A stretch of 64,000 nucleotides of DNA from Capsulimonadales bacterium (GTDB lineage: Bacteria > Armatimonadota > Armatimonadia > Armatimonadales > Armatimonadaceae). The translations under genes were made by a program, and so were the position numbers. The DNA is taken from positions 10,604-74,603 of the forward strand of contig JANRLW010000085.1 in assembly GCA_033762295.1 (NCBI GenBank). Reading direction: 5' to 3'. The notes beneath the pieces are model-generated. The model saw only the letters and a program-made list of their open reading frames with translations. It was not told the DNA's origin and ran no database searches. Positions 51,977-61,386 of this stretch are shown piece after piece (position 1 is the first letter of the stretch; each line of letters begins with the position of its first letter).

Positions 51977-53547
51977 TACGGGGTCCTCGACGACACCGAG
52001 GTCGCCATGTCTCGTCCGATGACGACGGTAATATCCGCCGGGTCTTCTTCCACCTCCGGGCCGGATTTCTCCGACCAGGCTTCCTTCACCGGAGTTCCGC
52101 CGCCCAGAAGGACCGCCACCTTTTCCGCCCGCCGCGCCACCGAGGCCGTGTGGAAGACGATCCGGGTTCTTTCGACCTCGTGTCCGCCCTCACCGCGATC
52201 GGCGTTCCCGACGCTCCGGACATCATAGCCCTCGGACCGGAGCCGTTCGGCGAAGCGATTGCCCACGCCGACCGTGTCGGTTCCGTTCCGCACCTCCACG
52301 ACGGTCAGACGCCGGGACGCCGGTTCATCGCCGCGCAGGAGCCAGTCGACCATCGCCTGCTTCTTTTCCTCGTCCACATGGAAAAAGAACCCCCGACCGC
52401 CGAGGGCGGAGGAGGACATCTTACCGTATCCCTTCAGCGTTCCGCTCTCCATTCGATCCGACTTGATATCGTGAAACAGGGAAACCAGGGCAAAGATCTG
52501 CATCCGATCCAGGTCCGTATCCACCTGATCGAGTCCGACATTGATCAGTTCGTCCATCCTCAGCAGGTTTTGCGGTTGCTGCGCCTTCGCGGCCATCGCA
52601 CGGATCAGTTGCTGCTGACGTGCCATTCGCCGGGGTTCGCCCTCCTCGCGAGAATGGATGATCTCCCGGCGGGGTTTGCGGAGGAATTCGGTGCGGGAAC
52701 CGGGTACGGGGATCGGGGAGTGATCGGGATTCCTCTTGTAGATATCCGCTTCCCGGAATCGTGCGAAGCCGATCGCCTGCTCACCGTTGATGGTCTGCCG
52801 GCCCTTCGGCAGGTCGACGAACAGTCGAGCCGCCCAGTCGTTGTAAACCAGTCGGTCGACCGTTTCGACCTCCACACCGCCCAGCGCATCGACGATCTTT
52901 TTCAGAGCGTCGGGTTTGACCGCCACATAGTAGTCCGGTTTGACGCCGAGCAGATCGCCGACCGTCGCCGCAAGTAACGGATACCCGCCGCGCTTGTAGG
53001 TGCCGTTGATCTTTCCCTCGATCATGACATCGCTTCCGAGGGTCTCCGGGGCGCGAACCAGGGTATCGCGCGGAACGGACAGCATGGACACTTTCTTGTT
53101 CGCAAGGTCCAGCGAAACCATGGCGATGGTGTCGCTCCGCGTGTTCTTCGAGGTTCGGAAGCCACGCAGTTTGGGATTTTTTGCCGTCCAGTCGTAGTCG
53201 TAATCCTTGCCGATCAGCAGAATGTTCACCCGGTTTCTCTCCGGAAAGAGCGAACGCGGGTTGGCGAGCGGCTTCCAGAGAGCCGCAGCCCCCTTTCCGT
53301 TACTGACCTTTTCCGCGCTCCGGTAGAGCACGCCGGCAGCGACCCCGGCAATCATCAGCAGGAAAAGAACGATGTAACCAAGAACCCCCATCCGCGCCAT
53401 ACCGCGACGCGCGACCGGAGGACGTGCCGGAGGACGTGTCGGAGGGTTCGGGGTTCGAATCTGTCGCGACGCCTGCTGACGTATGGGCTGACCTGTCTGC
53501 ATAGGGTTAATGATGGCTCGTTCCTGACGGGGGATCGGATGTGACAT
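51976..53547 (-). CDS. LCP (LytR-CpsA-Psr) family protein with LytR_C domain
   Basis: TM; RSDTI, SVPRDT, KIN, VDALGGV, FARFR, R..RQQQ; C-terminal VEVRNGT, GNA, DITVVIGRD. Confidence 0.92.
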   Translation of the reverse strand: MSHPIPRQERAIINPMQTGQPIRQQASRQIRTPNPPTRPPARPPVARRGMARMGVLGYIVLFLLMIAGVAAGVLYRSAEKVSNGKGAAALWKPLANPRSLFPERNRVNILLIGKDYDYDWTAKNPKLRGFRTSKNTRSDTIAMVSLDLANKKVSMLSVPRDTLVRAPETLGSDVMIEGKINGTYKRGGYPLLAATVGDLLGVKPDYYVAVKPDALKKIVDALGGVEVETVDRLVYNDWAARLFVDLPKGRQTINGEQAIGFARFREADIYKRNPDHSPIPVPGSRTEFLRKPRREIIHSREEGEPRRMARQQQLIRAMAAKAQQPQNLLRMDELINVGLDQVDTDLDRMQIFALVSLFHDIKSDRMESGTLKGYGKMSSSALGGRGFFFHVDEEKKQAMVDWLLRGDEPASRRLTVVEVRNGTDTVGVGNRFAERLRSEGYDVRSVGNADRGEGGHEVERTRIVFHTASVARRAEKVAVLLGGGTPVKEAWSEKSGPEVEEDPADITVVIGRDMATSVSSRTP

Positions 53548-53581
53548 GATCGCACCGATTTCCCCGCATTCGTGAAATGCG

Positions 53582-53611
53582 AACGGATATTAACGGATAT
53601 TGATGGATACT
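53582..53611. repeat. 10-bp direct repeat x3 upstream of the LCP gene
   Basis: AACGGATATT AACGGATATT GATGGATACT. Confidence 0.6.
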
Positions 53612-53822
53612 CTCCGAATAATACACGATTCTTCGGCAGGAATCCTGTTTTCCTGCCTCCCCGGCTCCGAAAACCGGCGGAGTCCTTTCTTTTTTCATCG
53701 GCAGAATGTCGTAAATGCTATACTACCGTTATGGCGAAAACGTTTCGGAAACGAGATTCGACCGGGCAAATATTTCCGGGACAAAGGATATCACCATTGG
53801 AAGCGCGAGGTTGAGGCGATGA

Positions 53823-54770
53823 ATGGCTGACGGAGTCGTGATTCGGGCGGGACGCGGTCTGTATGTGGTTCACACGGATACGGGCCGGACCATCCCCTGC
53901 CGCCTGCGCGGAAATTTGAAGAAGAACCTGACCTACCCGGAGAGCGCGAACCGGGCGCGCCGGGTGGAACGCGCCCGGAAACGTCAGGAAACCGACCCGA
54001 TCGCGGTCGGGGATCGTGTGACGATCGATATTCCGGAGGTCGGCACCGAGGGAGTGATCGAGGAGGTGCATCCGCGCCGGGCGGCCTTGATCCGGCGGTC
54101 GGGCAACGAACGGGAGCGACAGACGCTCGTCGCCAATCTCGAACTGGCCGTCATCACGTTCGCCGCCGCCGAACCGCGTCCCGACCTGTGGCGTCTCGAT
54201 CGGTTTCTCGTCCTGGCCGAGGAGGCCGAACTCGATATCCTGGTCGTTCTCAACAAAGCGGAACTCGCTCCCGCAGAGGAGATCGAGGAGATCGTTCGTT
54301 CCTACTCGCGTATCGGTTATACGATCCTTGCGGCCAGTGCGCGGACCGGAGTCGGGATCGACACGCTTCGTGAACGGCTCCGGGGACGTATTTCGGCCTT
54401 CTGCGGGCCGTCCGGGGTCGGCAAATCGTCCCTGCTCAATGCCGTCCAGCCCGGACTGGAACTCAAAACCGGCGAGATCGGGGCGGTCACCTTCAAGGGT
54501 CGCCATACGACCGTCTCCGCCGAACTGCTTCCTCTCGCCTTCGGAGGCTGGGTCGCGGACACTCCCGGCCTTCGCCAGGTCGAGTTCTGGGATCTTCCCC
54601 CGGAGGATGTGGCTTTTTATTTTCCCGAGATCGCGCCGTGGATCGGAAAATGCAGGTTCCCGGACTGCCGCCATCGCCAGGAACCCGGTTGTGCGGTTCG
54701 CACGGCGGTCGATCGCGGCGAGGTCGAACCGCGCCGTTACGAAAGTTACCTGGAAATGACGAAGACCTGA
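53823..54770 (+). CDS. rsgA: Ribosome small subunit-dependent GTPase A
   Basis: VGDRV, NKAE, GPSGVGKSS, GRHTT, DTPG, zinc finger CRFPDCRH..EPGCAV. Confidence 0.95.
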   Translation: MADGVVIRAGRGLYVVHTDTGRTIPCRLRGNLKKNLTYPESANRARRVERARKRQETDPIAVGDRVTIDIPEVGTEGVIEEVHPRRAALIRRSGNERERQTLVANLELAVITFAAAEPRPDLWRLDRFLVLAEEAELDILVVLNKAELAPAEEIEEIVRSYSRIGYTILAASARTGVGIDTLRERLRGRISAFCGPSGVGKSSLLNAVQPGLELKTGEIGAVTFKGRHTTVSAELLPLAFGGWVADTPGLRQVEFWDLPPEDVAFYFPEIAPWIGKCRFPDCRHRQEPGCAVRTAVDRGEVEPRRYESYLEMTKT

Positions 54771-54842
54771 CCGTTTTCAAACCGGAACTTCCGTAGGGAC
54801 TTCAAGCGTAGAATTATTGGAAGTGGAAAGAACAAAAATCGG

Positions 54843-55244
54843 ATGAAACAAGTTTCTTTGAAAAATCGGACCTGGGTCGCCCCGGCGATGGGCTTTCTCG
54901 TCCATCGCTTTGTCGGCGAGGGAAAGCCGGTGGATGTTCGCCTGGGAATCGCGTTACTGCGCGACCGTCGCGTCCCCGTGGTATCCAAACTGCTGTCCGT
55001 TGGCGCGGGCATCGGTCTGATCGCGTTGCTGGAGGTTCTGGAACTGCCGTCCGAGATGCTGATGGCCTTTCTGCTGCCGTTGATCGGGTTCGGCATCAAT
55101 CTGGCGCTGGACGGGCTCGAAGCGGTCTTCGGTTCGTTTCTGCTGGCGGCGGCGATACTGCCCCATCTCGCCCCCCGAGAGATCGTCGCCCGAGTCCGCG
55201 CCGAACGCGCCGGGCCGGTTCCGGTTCGCGTCGCCGCGAAATAG
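54843..55244 (+). CDS. Small membrane protein (DUF1232/YkvA-like)
   Basis: LLRDRRVP..SK, hydrophobic segments, P.EIV.RVRAE tail. Confidence 0.55.
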   Translation: MKQVSLKNRTWVAPAMGFLVHRFVGEGKPVDVRLGIALLRDRRVPVVSKLLSVGAGIGLIALLEVLELPSEMLMAFLLPLIGFGINLALDGLEAVFGSFLLAAAILPHLAPREIVARVRAERAGPVPVRVAAK

Positions 55245-55252
55245 CGGACGTC

Positions 55253-55292
55253 CCGATCTCACCCGCTCCCGCAGGGAAGCGGGTGAGATCGG
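55253..55292. terminator. Hairpin between convergent genes
   Basis: CCGATCTCACCCGCT...AGCGGGTGAGATCGG. Confidence 0.7.
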
Positions 55293-55298
55293 ACAAAC

Positions 55299-58200
55299 CT
55301 ATTCCCATTCGCACAGGGTCTCGATATAGGCGGCGGAGCCATCGCGCAGCCAACCGTCGAGTTGTGCCTGATCCTTGAGCTGCTGCCCTCGCAGGCGGGG
55401 TACCGCCACATACCGGACCTGCCACTCGGCCTCTTCCGTCGCAGCCAGAGCGGTCATATCGCCCCAGAGTTTCTCGAATTGCGCGACCGGGAAGACATCC
55501 TCCTGTCCCGCCCCCCACCGTTTCTTTACTTCCTTCAGGGTGACATACGTCGGCATTCTCACCCCGATCCGCCGGATGCCCTCCTGTACTCTGCGTTCGT
55601 CACCGAGGGACGTTCGATCCAGTCCGAAGACCGCCAGCAGAGCGTCGATCGAAACCCAGGTCGTCAGCGAGTTGTAGTACGTCAGGGAGAACTCGTCCTC
55701 CTCGCGGGGCATCGCCAGTCCTTCCACCAGGCGCAGACGCCCATCGACACGCGCCAGTCCGCCGCCTCGATCCTCCAGTCGCCGGGGGATCACCTCGACC
55801 GTAAACGAGCTTCCGTCGGCGATATGCGCCCCGAGGATACCCGGATCGACATCCGCTCCCAGGGTATCGATGTTATGCACCATCAGGTAGCGGAGATTCG
55901 GGCGTTCGGCCAGCAGGGTCGCCAGCCGTCCGTTTTTGAGGAGGTTGGGCACCTCGTACCAGTGTCCGACCGGGTGCAGGCATTGTGCCGGGGTGTTATC
56001 CGTGTAATCGCTCCCCTCGCCCGCGGTCGCCGCCCAGTTCATCAGCGCGGCGCGCACCGAATCGCGCATCTTCTGCGCCTGGACATCCAGCGTCTGCTGC
56101 GGCGTCTCCTCCCACTGGAAACGCAGGTCTCTCACCATCGGCACCATTCGCAGACCGATCGCGCGACCGGGAGAGAGACGGACATCGGGACCGTAGCCGT
56201 AGTGGTTTTCCGCTTCCAGATAATCGGCGATGGCCCGTTCGGTCAGGTAGGAGGTGGTGAACAGGTGCGGAATCGTGACGCCGTATTGCCGCCCGACGCG
56301 ACGTGATTTGGCCAGATGGGTTTCGATAAAGGTACGGTGTTTTCCGGCCAGGCGAGCGAAGGGGTGCAGCGCCTTGACGACGCCCGCGCCCTGTGTCCAG
56401 CGGGAACCGACGCCCGCCGCCAGGGTGACCACCGCCACCTCACCATGGGCGATCGCCTCCCGACCGCGCCGCCGCAGGTCCTCGTCGATCCCTTCGGTAG
56501 CGTCCCGGACATCGCCGGGTTGGACATCCCGAATCACGGCGTTTACCGGCAGACGGTTCTGCGCCAGTCCGATCCGACCCGCCACCAGATCGGCGCGAAT
56601 CTGCTCGTGCGCCACGGAGTCGAAGCCGTTTTCGCGGAGCAGTTCGGTCAGGGAGCGCGTGTCCTGGCTTTCCCGCGCGGCGGGCGGCATCATCCGATCG
56701 AACAGCACCTGCGCCAGGGTCCCCAGATCATCCCGCGTCCGCGTCGCCCGTCCGAGCGCCGCCAGTTCGGCGCGGCGGGCGGATGTCAGCAGGCGCGGGT
56801 CGGAACGAAGCCATCCCGGGGCGGACATCGCATAGTACCCGGCCGGCAGCGGCGCATCCCGACCGTCGAGCCGCGAGGCGACGGTTCCGTTCTCGTTGAT
56901 CGAAAAGTCGTAGACGACCGGCTCCATCGCGAACGGCAGCGAGTTTTCCAGTTTCCGTTTGGCGGCGGAAAGGATCGATCGGAGTTCGTCCTGCGCCTCG
57001 GCTTTCCGTTCCGGCGCGAATATGAACCCCATCCCACCGCCGGACATACCGCCGAGCATCCAGAAGCCGTGGAAATCCGCGCCGAACCGGGCACGGACGG
57101 CGTCGATCACGGTTTCGGTATACAGGTTGCTCGCCCAGGGAATGATGGTCCGGATCGGGCCGAAAAAGTTGCGTGTCGTCGCCGCGCCGATGGCCGCCAC
57201 GTCCCCGGTGCGCAGATGGCCGACGATCTCGTCCAGAATCCCCTGGGCGTCCAGTCGCGCCTGCCACTCGTTCTCGGATCGCAGCAGGTACTTTTCGGTG
57301 ACCATCTCCAGGATCGGCCCGACGTTCTGCGCCATTCCGCCATGGACGAGCACCAGCGAGTTCCGGATCGCCTCTCGTGTCTCCTCGGTCGCAAACGGAC
57401 GGTCGTCACCGGTCGGGGCGTTCGCAAAGATGCGGTGACCGGGCAGCAGTCGTCCCCGGCTGATGCCGTACTCCGGATCGCCCTCCTGCGCGGTCTGTCC
57501 CTCGATCAGTTTGATTCCCGGCCAGACACCGCCGCTGTCCTGCCAGCCGCCGCCCGATCCGGCGATCCACTCGCCGAGGATCGCCCGTGCGGCGACCAGA
57601 CGCCTTTCGGGTTCCGTCAACGGTCCGGTCAGCGACTGCGCCTGCCGCGTCGCCCGCATACAGACCGAAATCAGGGCGGCCAGAAGGTTGGTGGAGACGG
57701 CGAGTCGCGACCCCTTCGGAATTCCGTTGACGTTCGAGATCAGTTCGATGCCACGACCCGGCCCGACCAATCGTTCCAGGAGGTACGGCAGACTCTGCTC
57801 CGAACCCTCGATTCCCGGCGGAACCAGACCGGAGGCGATCAGACCGGCTTTCAACAGACCGAGGTAATCGCGAGCGAAGTCGAAGACCTCCGCCAGCGAG
57901 GTGATTTCGGCGGTCGCGCCGAGGTCAACCGAGGCCAGACGGAGCACCGGTTGATCGATCACCCGGAAGTAGGCTTCGACCGGTGGGCGCGTCGCCGAAT
58001 CGCGTCCCCGGACGGCCAGATCGACCGAGATGTTGAGAACGCGCGCGCCTTCCGGGTAATCCATCCCGAGAAAGAAGATATCGGACCAGCCGGAATGCGT
58101 CAGGTCCATACGAACCGGGGTTCGCTCGCAAAGGATGGGGAAGGGGGCGTCCTCGCCGGGGCGTTCCCGCAGTTCGGGGCGGACCTGCAACGGTTGATCG

Positions 58201-58658
58201 TCCGGGTGCCCGACCCGAAACATCCACTGGTTGCCGCGCACGGAACGGACGGAACGTCGGACCTGATCGGCGAGCATTCGGAACGCGAGGCGATGGTAGG
58301 CCGCCGCCAGCGCGGAGGAAAGCGTATCCGAGGAGCCGTTGCGCTCCTCGGCCTGACGGAACAGGCTGATCGCCTCCTCGAAACGTCGTTCCAGCAGATG
58401 GACATACCCCTCGAACGGAATGCTGCCGCTTTTCGGAAGCCCCGGACGGGTCGGCAGATGGAACCGGTAGATCGCATACAGAAAAAAACAGGCGCGCACC
58501 CGCTCATAAAGGTTTCCGGTGGCATGGCGAAACCGTTCCAGCTGTGCGCACTGCTCCCGCAGGTCGTCCGTCGACCGCTCCCGACAAACGGCGTCCAGGG
58601 AGAGATGGCGAATCTTCGGATCATCGGACGAGATGATATCGGTCAGGGGAATGTTCAC
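55299..58658 (-). CDS. Bifunctional GHMP-type sugar kinase / UDP-sugar pyrophosphorylase (UDPGP family)
   Basis: Kinase: PVRMDL..GWSD, IPKGSRLAVS, GGGWQD, LGGMSGGG. Pyrophosphorylase: LAAGVGSRW...K, PVGH, HNIDTLG, QFEKL. Confidence 0.85.
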   Translation of the reverse strand: MNIPLTDIISSDDPKIRHLSLDAVCRERSTDDLREQCAQLERFRHATGNLYERVRACFFLYAIYRFHLPTRPGLPKSGSIPFEGYVHLLERRFEEAISLFRQAEERNGSSDTLSSALAAAYHRLAFRMLADQVRRSVRSVRGNQWMFRVGHPDDQPLQVRPELRERPGEDAPFPILCERTPVRMDLTHSGWSDIFFLGMDYPEGARVLNISVDLAVRGRDSATRPPVEAYFRVIDQPVLRLASVDLGATAEITSLAEVFDFARDYLGLLKAGLIASGLVPPGIEGSEQSLPYLLERLVGPGRGIELISNVNGIPKGSRLAVSTNLLAALISVCMRATRQAQSLTGPLTEPERRLVAARAILGEWIAGSGGGWQDSGGVWPGIKLIEGQTAQEGDPEYGISRGRLLPGHRIFANAPTGDDRPFATEETREAIRNSLVLVHGGMAQNVGPILEMVTEKYLLRSENEWQARLDAQGILDEIVGHLRTGDVAAIGAATTRNFFGPIRTIIPWASNLYTETVIDAVRARFGADFHGFWMLGGMSGGGMGFIFAPERKAEAQDELRSILSAAKRKLENSLPFAMEPVVYDFSINENGTVASRLDGRDAPLPAGYYAMSAPGWLRSDPRLLTSARRAELAALGRATRTRDDLGTLAQVLFDRMMPPAARESQDTRSLTELLRENGFDSVAHEQIRADLVAGRIGLAQNRLPVNAVIRDVQPGDVRDATEGIDEDLRRRGREAIAHGEVAVVTLAAGVGSRWTQGAGVVKALHPFARLAGKHRTFIETHLAKSRRVGRQYGVTIPHLFTTSYLTERAIADYLEAENHYGYGPDVRLSPGRAIGLRMVPMVRDLRFQWEETPQQTLDVQAQKMRDSVRAALMNWAATAGEGSDYTDNTPAQCLHPVGHWYEVPNLLKNGRLATLLAERPNLRYLMVHNIDTLGADVDPGILGAHIADGSSFTVEVIPRRLEDRGGGLARVDGRLRLVEGLAMPREEDEFSLTYYNSLTTWVSIDALLAVFGLDRTSLGDERRVQEGIRRIGVRMPTYVTLKEVKKRWGAGQEDVFPVAQFEKLWGDMTALAATEEAEWQVRYVAVPRLRGQQLKDQAQLDGWLRDGSAAYIETLCEWE

Positions 58659-58729
58659 GGTCTTGGATTACACGGCACGCCGGTCGAATCCTGCGTCCCT
58701 GCCGTCCCTCCGTCTCCGGGTGGAGTTCC

Positions 58730-58765
58730 GGAGGGCAAAGGTCAGGAGGAGGGCAAAGGTCAGGA
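58730..58765. repeat. Perfect 18-bp tandem duplication spanning the kinase stop codon
   Basis: GGAGGGCAAAGGTCAGGA x2. Confidence 0.8.
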
Positions 58766-61018
58766 TTCGAGCGGAAACGTCACGCGGACACGCCCGCCGC
58801 CGTCCGGGCGATTGTCGAACCGGACCTCGCCCCGGAGGTCCCATCGGGCCGCGCTTTCAATCAGTTCCAGCCCCGTGTTGGCCGCCAGATAGGGGTCGAA
58901 ATCTTCGGGGAAACCTTCTCCGTCATCGCAGATCTCCAGCGCGGCGTCGCCCCCCTCCCGCCACAACGACACATCGATCTGCCCCCGGCTATGCTTGATC
59001 GCATTGCTGACGAGTTCGTTGACCAGAACGGCGAGAGAGGTGACCTTCTGCATCGGCAGGGGTATCTCTTCCAGGTCGACCCGTAACCGGCGCGGCGCGA
59101 TGGACGGCGCGAGTAATGCCAGCAGATGTTCGAGAACGCGGCGGGCGGACACTTCCCCGCCGTCGTGTCCGGTGCGCATCTGCTGGGTCAGCAGGTCGTG
59201 AATCGTCGCCAGCGCGCCGATATGCCGCATGATGCGGTGGAGTTCTCGCGCCGGAATGGGTTCGTCGCGATTCAGCGAGTTCATCTCCAGAAGCGCATTG
59301 ATGACCTGAAGATTGTTCTTGACGCGATGATGCGTCTCCTGAATCGCACGGCGCAGGCGGGCGTTCAACGCTTCGATCTCGTTGAGATGGTGTTCCCGTT
59401 CCTCGGCGGCCCGGTACTGCATATCGACATCGACGGCGGTTCCGACCCACTGGCGCACGGTGTCGTCGACGTCGAACACGGGAGCGACACGTGCCTGATG
59501 CCAGCGGTAGGTATTGTCGCTCGCCCGACGACAGCGATACTCCAGCATATAGGGCTGACGCTTCCGGATCGCCTCGGTAAAGCGAACGACGACTCCGGGC
59601 AGGTCCTCCGGGGCGATGGGCGCCATCCACCCCTCGCGTTCGAACTCCGACGGCGTGACACCCGTGTATTCGAAGAAGAAGGTGTTGGCGTAGGTGGCCT
59701 TTCCGGCGGGGTCGGCGAGCCAGACGAAGTGCGGAATCCCCTCGGCCAGCAGCCGGTATTTCTCCTCACTCTCCTGCTGGGCCTCCTCGGACCGCTTCCG
59801 CTGGGTGATATTCTCGTGGGCGACGACGGTATAGTGACGGCCGCCGTATTCCAGTCGGGTGACCCGCGCCAGAAACCAGCGTCGCTCCCACGGGGCGTGG
59901 CAGGGATACTCGTATTCGAACAGAGGAATCTCTCCGCGCATCACCGCGCGTATCCCCTCGCCCATCGCGCTCGCCGGACGAGCGTCCTCTCCGTGAACCG
60001 CGCCACAGACGTTCAGGTAGTTTCTGCCGACGCCGACGACCGCATCCGGGTCCGTCACCTGGTTTTCCCGCGCGAAGGCGTTCCAGGCCTGGTTGACCGT
60101 GACGATCGTCCCCTCCTCATCCAGAATCGCAATGTGGGCCGCCAGCGAATCGATTACCGTTCGGGCAAATGCGACCGAACCGTCCAGCGTATCCTGACGG
60201 TGCGTGATATCCTCGATCGCCAGGAAGATGCGGGAGGGGTATTCGCCGTCCGGAGGGATGGCGCTCGCGTTCAGCAGCATGGTACGGGCCCCGACATTCG
60301 GAAAACGGTGGGTGATCTCGAAATCCACCACCAGTTGATTTTTCGGAAGTTCCTCTTCCAATAGGCGTCGAAGGGCCGGAATGTTCCATTCCCCTTGATT
60401 CAGGTCAAACAGCCGGTTGCCTTCCGTTTCGGCCTGACCCATCCGGAAGGTCCGGTAGAACGACAGATTCGCAGACAGAACGCAGAACTCGGAATCCAGA
60501 ATAAGCAGGGGTTCACGGACCGTGCTGGCGACCCGTTCCGCGAATTCGATCGCCCGTTGTAGCTCCTCGTGCGACCGTCCCTTCCGCTCGCTGATCTCCT
60601 GCTGGATGCCGACGAAGTGGGTGAGGACGTTCTCGTTATCGCGAATCGGTGAGACGTTCAGGTGGTTGAGGAACGGCGTTCCGTCGATGCGATAGTTGAG
60701 GATCTCCACTTCGATCGCTTCGCCGTTCCGAACCGCCGCACGGATACGGCGGACCGTTTCGCGGTCGGTGTTCGGTCCCTGGAGGAAGCGGCAGTTTTTG
60801 CCCAGAATGTCCGCGCTTCGATACCCGGTCAGCCGGGTGAACCCGGGATTGCACCAGATAATGGGGTTATCGGGTTGACGGGCATCCGTGATCAAAATTC
60901 CGCTCTGGGAAGCATAGAGGGCACGCTCCATCAGCGCGTACTCCACTCGAAAATGATGTCGATCTCCTTTCGATTGGGTGAAGGTCCCGGATTCGGGGCT
61001 CGGATCAGGCGTTTGCAT
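58760..61018 (-). CDS. LOV-PAS-PAS-PAS blue-light sensor histidine kinase (HisKA_2)
   Basis: DNPIIWCNPGF, GKNCRFLQG, NYR.DGTPF.N, FVGIQ; then ETHHRVKNNLQ, NELVSNAIKH, DDGEG. Confidence 0.9.
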   Translation of the reverse strand: MQTPDPSPESGTFTQSKGDRHHFRVEYALMERALYASQSGILITDARQPDNPIIWCNPGFTRLTGYRSADILGKNCRFLQGPNTDRETVRRIRAAVRNGEAIEVEILNYRIDGTPFLNHLNVSPIRDNENVLTHFVGIQQEISERKGRSHEELQRAIEFAERVASTVREPLLILDSEFCVLSANLSFYRTFRMGQAETEGNRLFDLNQGEWNIPALRRLLEEELPKNQLVVDFEITHRFPNVGARTMLLNASAIPPDGEYPSRIFLAIEDITHRQDTLDGSVAFARTVIDSLAAHIAILDEEGTIVTVNQAWNAFARENQVTDPDAVVGVGRNYLNVCGAVHGEDARPASAMGEGIRAVMRGEIPLFEYEYPCHAPWERRWFLARVTRLEYGGRHYTVVAHENITQRKRSEEAQQESEEKYRLLAEGIPHFVWLADPAGKATYANTFFFEYTGVTPSEFEREGWMAPIAPEDLPGVVVRFTEAIRKRQPYMLEYRCRRASDNTYRWHQARVAPVFDVDDTVRQWVGTAVDVDMQYRAAEEREHHLNEIEALNARLRRAIQETHHRVKNNLQVINALLEMNSLNRDEPIPARELHRIMRHIGALATIHDLLTQQMRTGHDGGEVSARRVLEHLLALLAPSIAPRRLRVDLEEIPLPMQKVTSLAVLVNELVSNAIKHSRGQIDVSLWREGGDAALEICDDGEGFPEDFDPYLAANTGLELIESAARWDLRGEVRFDNRPDGGGRVRVTFPLES

Positions 61019-61187
61019 ACGTCTCTCGGCAAGATTCGGTAAGGCGCAACCGACGTACCGGAGCCTCCCCGGTCCGGCTACCCGCCGTGTCTCTCCGTAC
61101 AGGTCGGGCAACGCCGCCCGCAGGTTCCCTTGGAACGGGATGCCTTCGGAAAAACGTGCGGCGGGAGCCGTCCGGGCACCGTCACAC

Positions 61188-61211
61188 AAAAGTATACATA
61201 TATATACTTTT
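61188..61211. promoter_or_regulatory. AT-rich inverted repeat in a divergent promoter region
   Basis: AAAAGTATA-N6-TATACTTTT. Confidence 0.5.
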
Positions 61212-61282
61212 ATTATCTTAATTCGAGAACCAAAACATATATTATGCCATCGAATGGGTCAAATCGTTTGTAAGACGGAAAA

Positions 61283-61321
61283 TTTAACGAAGTCTTAACG
61301 AAAGTCGGATATTTCTATGAT
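61283..61321 (+). promoter_or_regulatory. 11-bp-period TTAACGA direct repeat plus -10 box
   Basis: TTTAACGAAGT CTTAACGAAAG; TATGAT at 61316-61321. Confidence 0.5.
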
Positions 61322-61386
61322 TAATTGATGGAAGGAATCGTGAGGGTCCTTCTGTCGCGATTCACCAATACCATATGAGGTCAACC

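Noticed and set aside
56316..58892. 858-aa + strand ORF, and similar long antisense ORFs (987-2318, 32646-34661, 36357-38744, 44883-46994, 61381-62361)
   Set aside because: All lie opposite well-supported genes and have Arg/Gly-rich non-protein-like composition.
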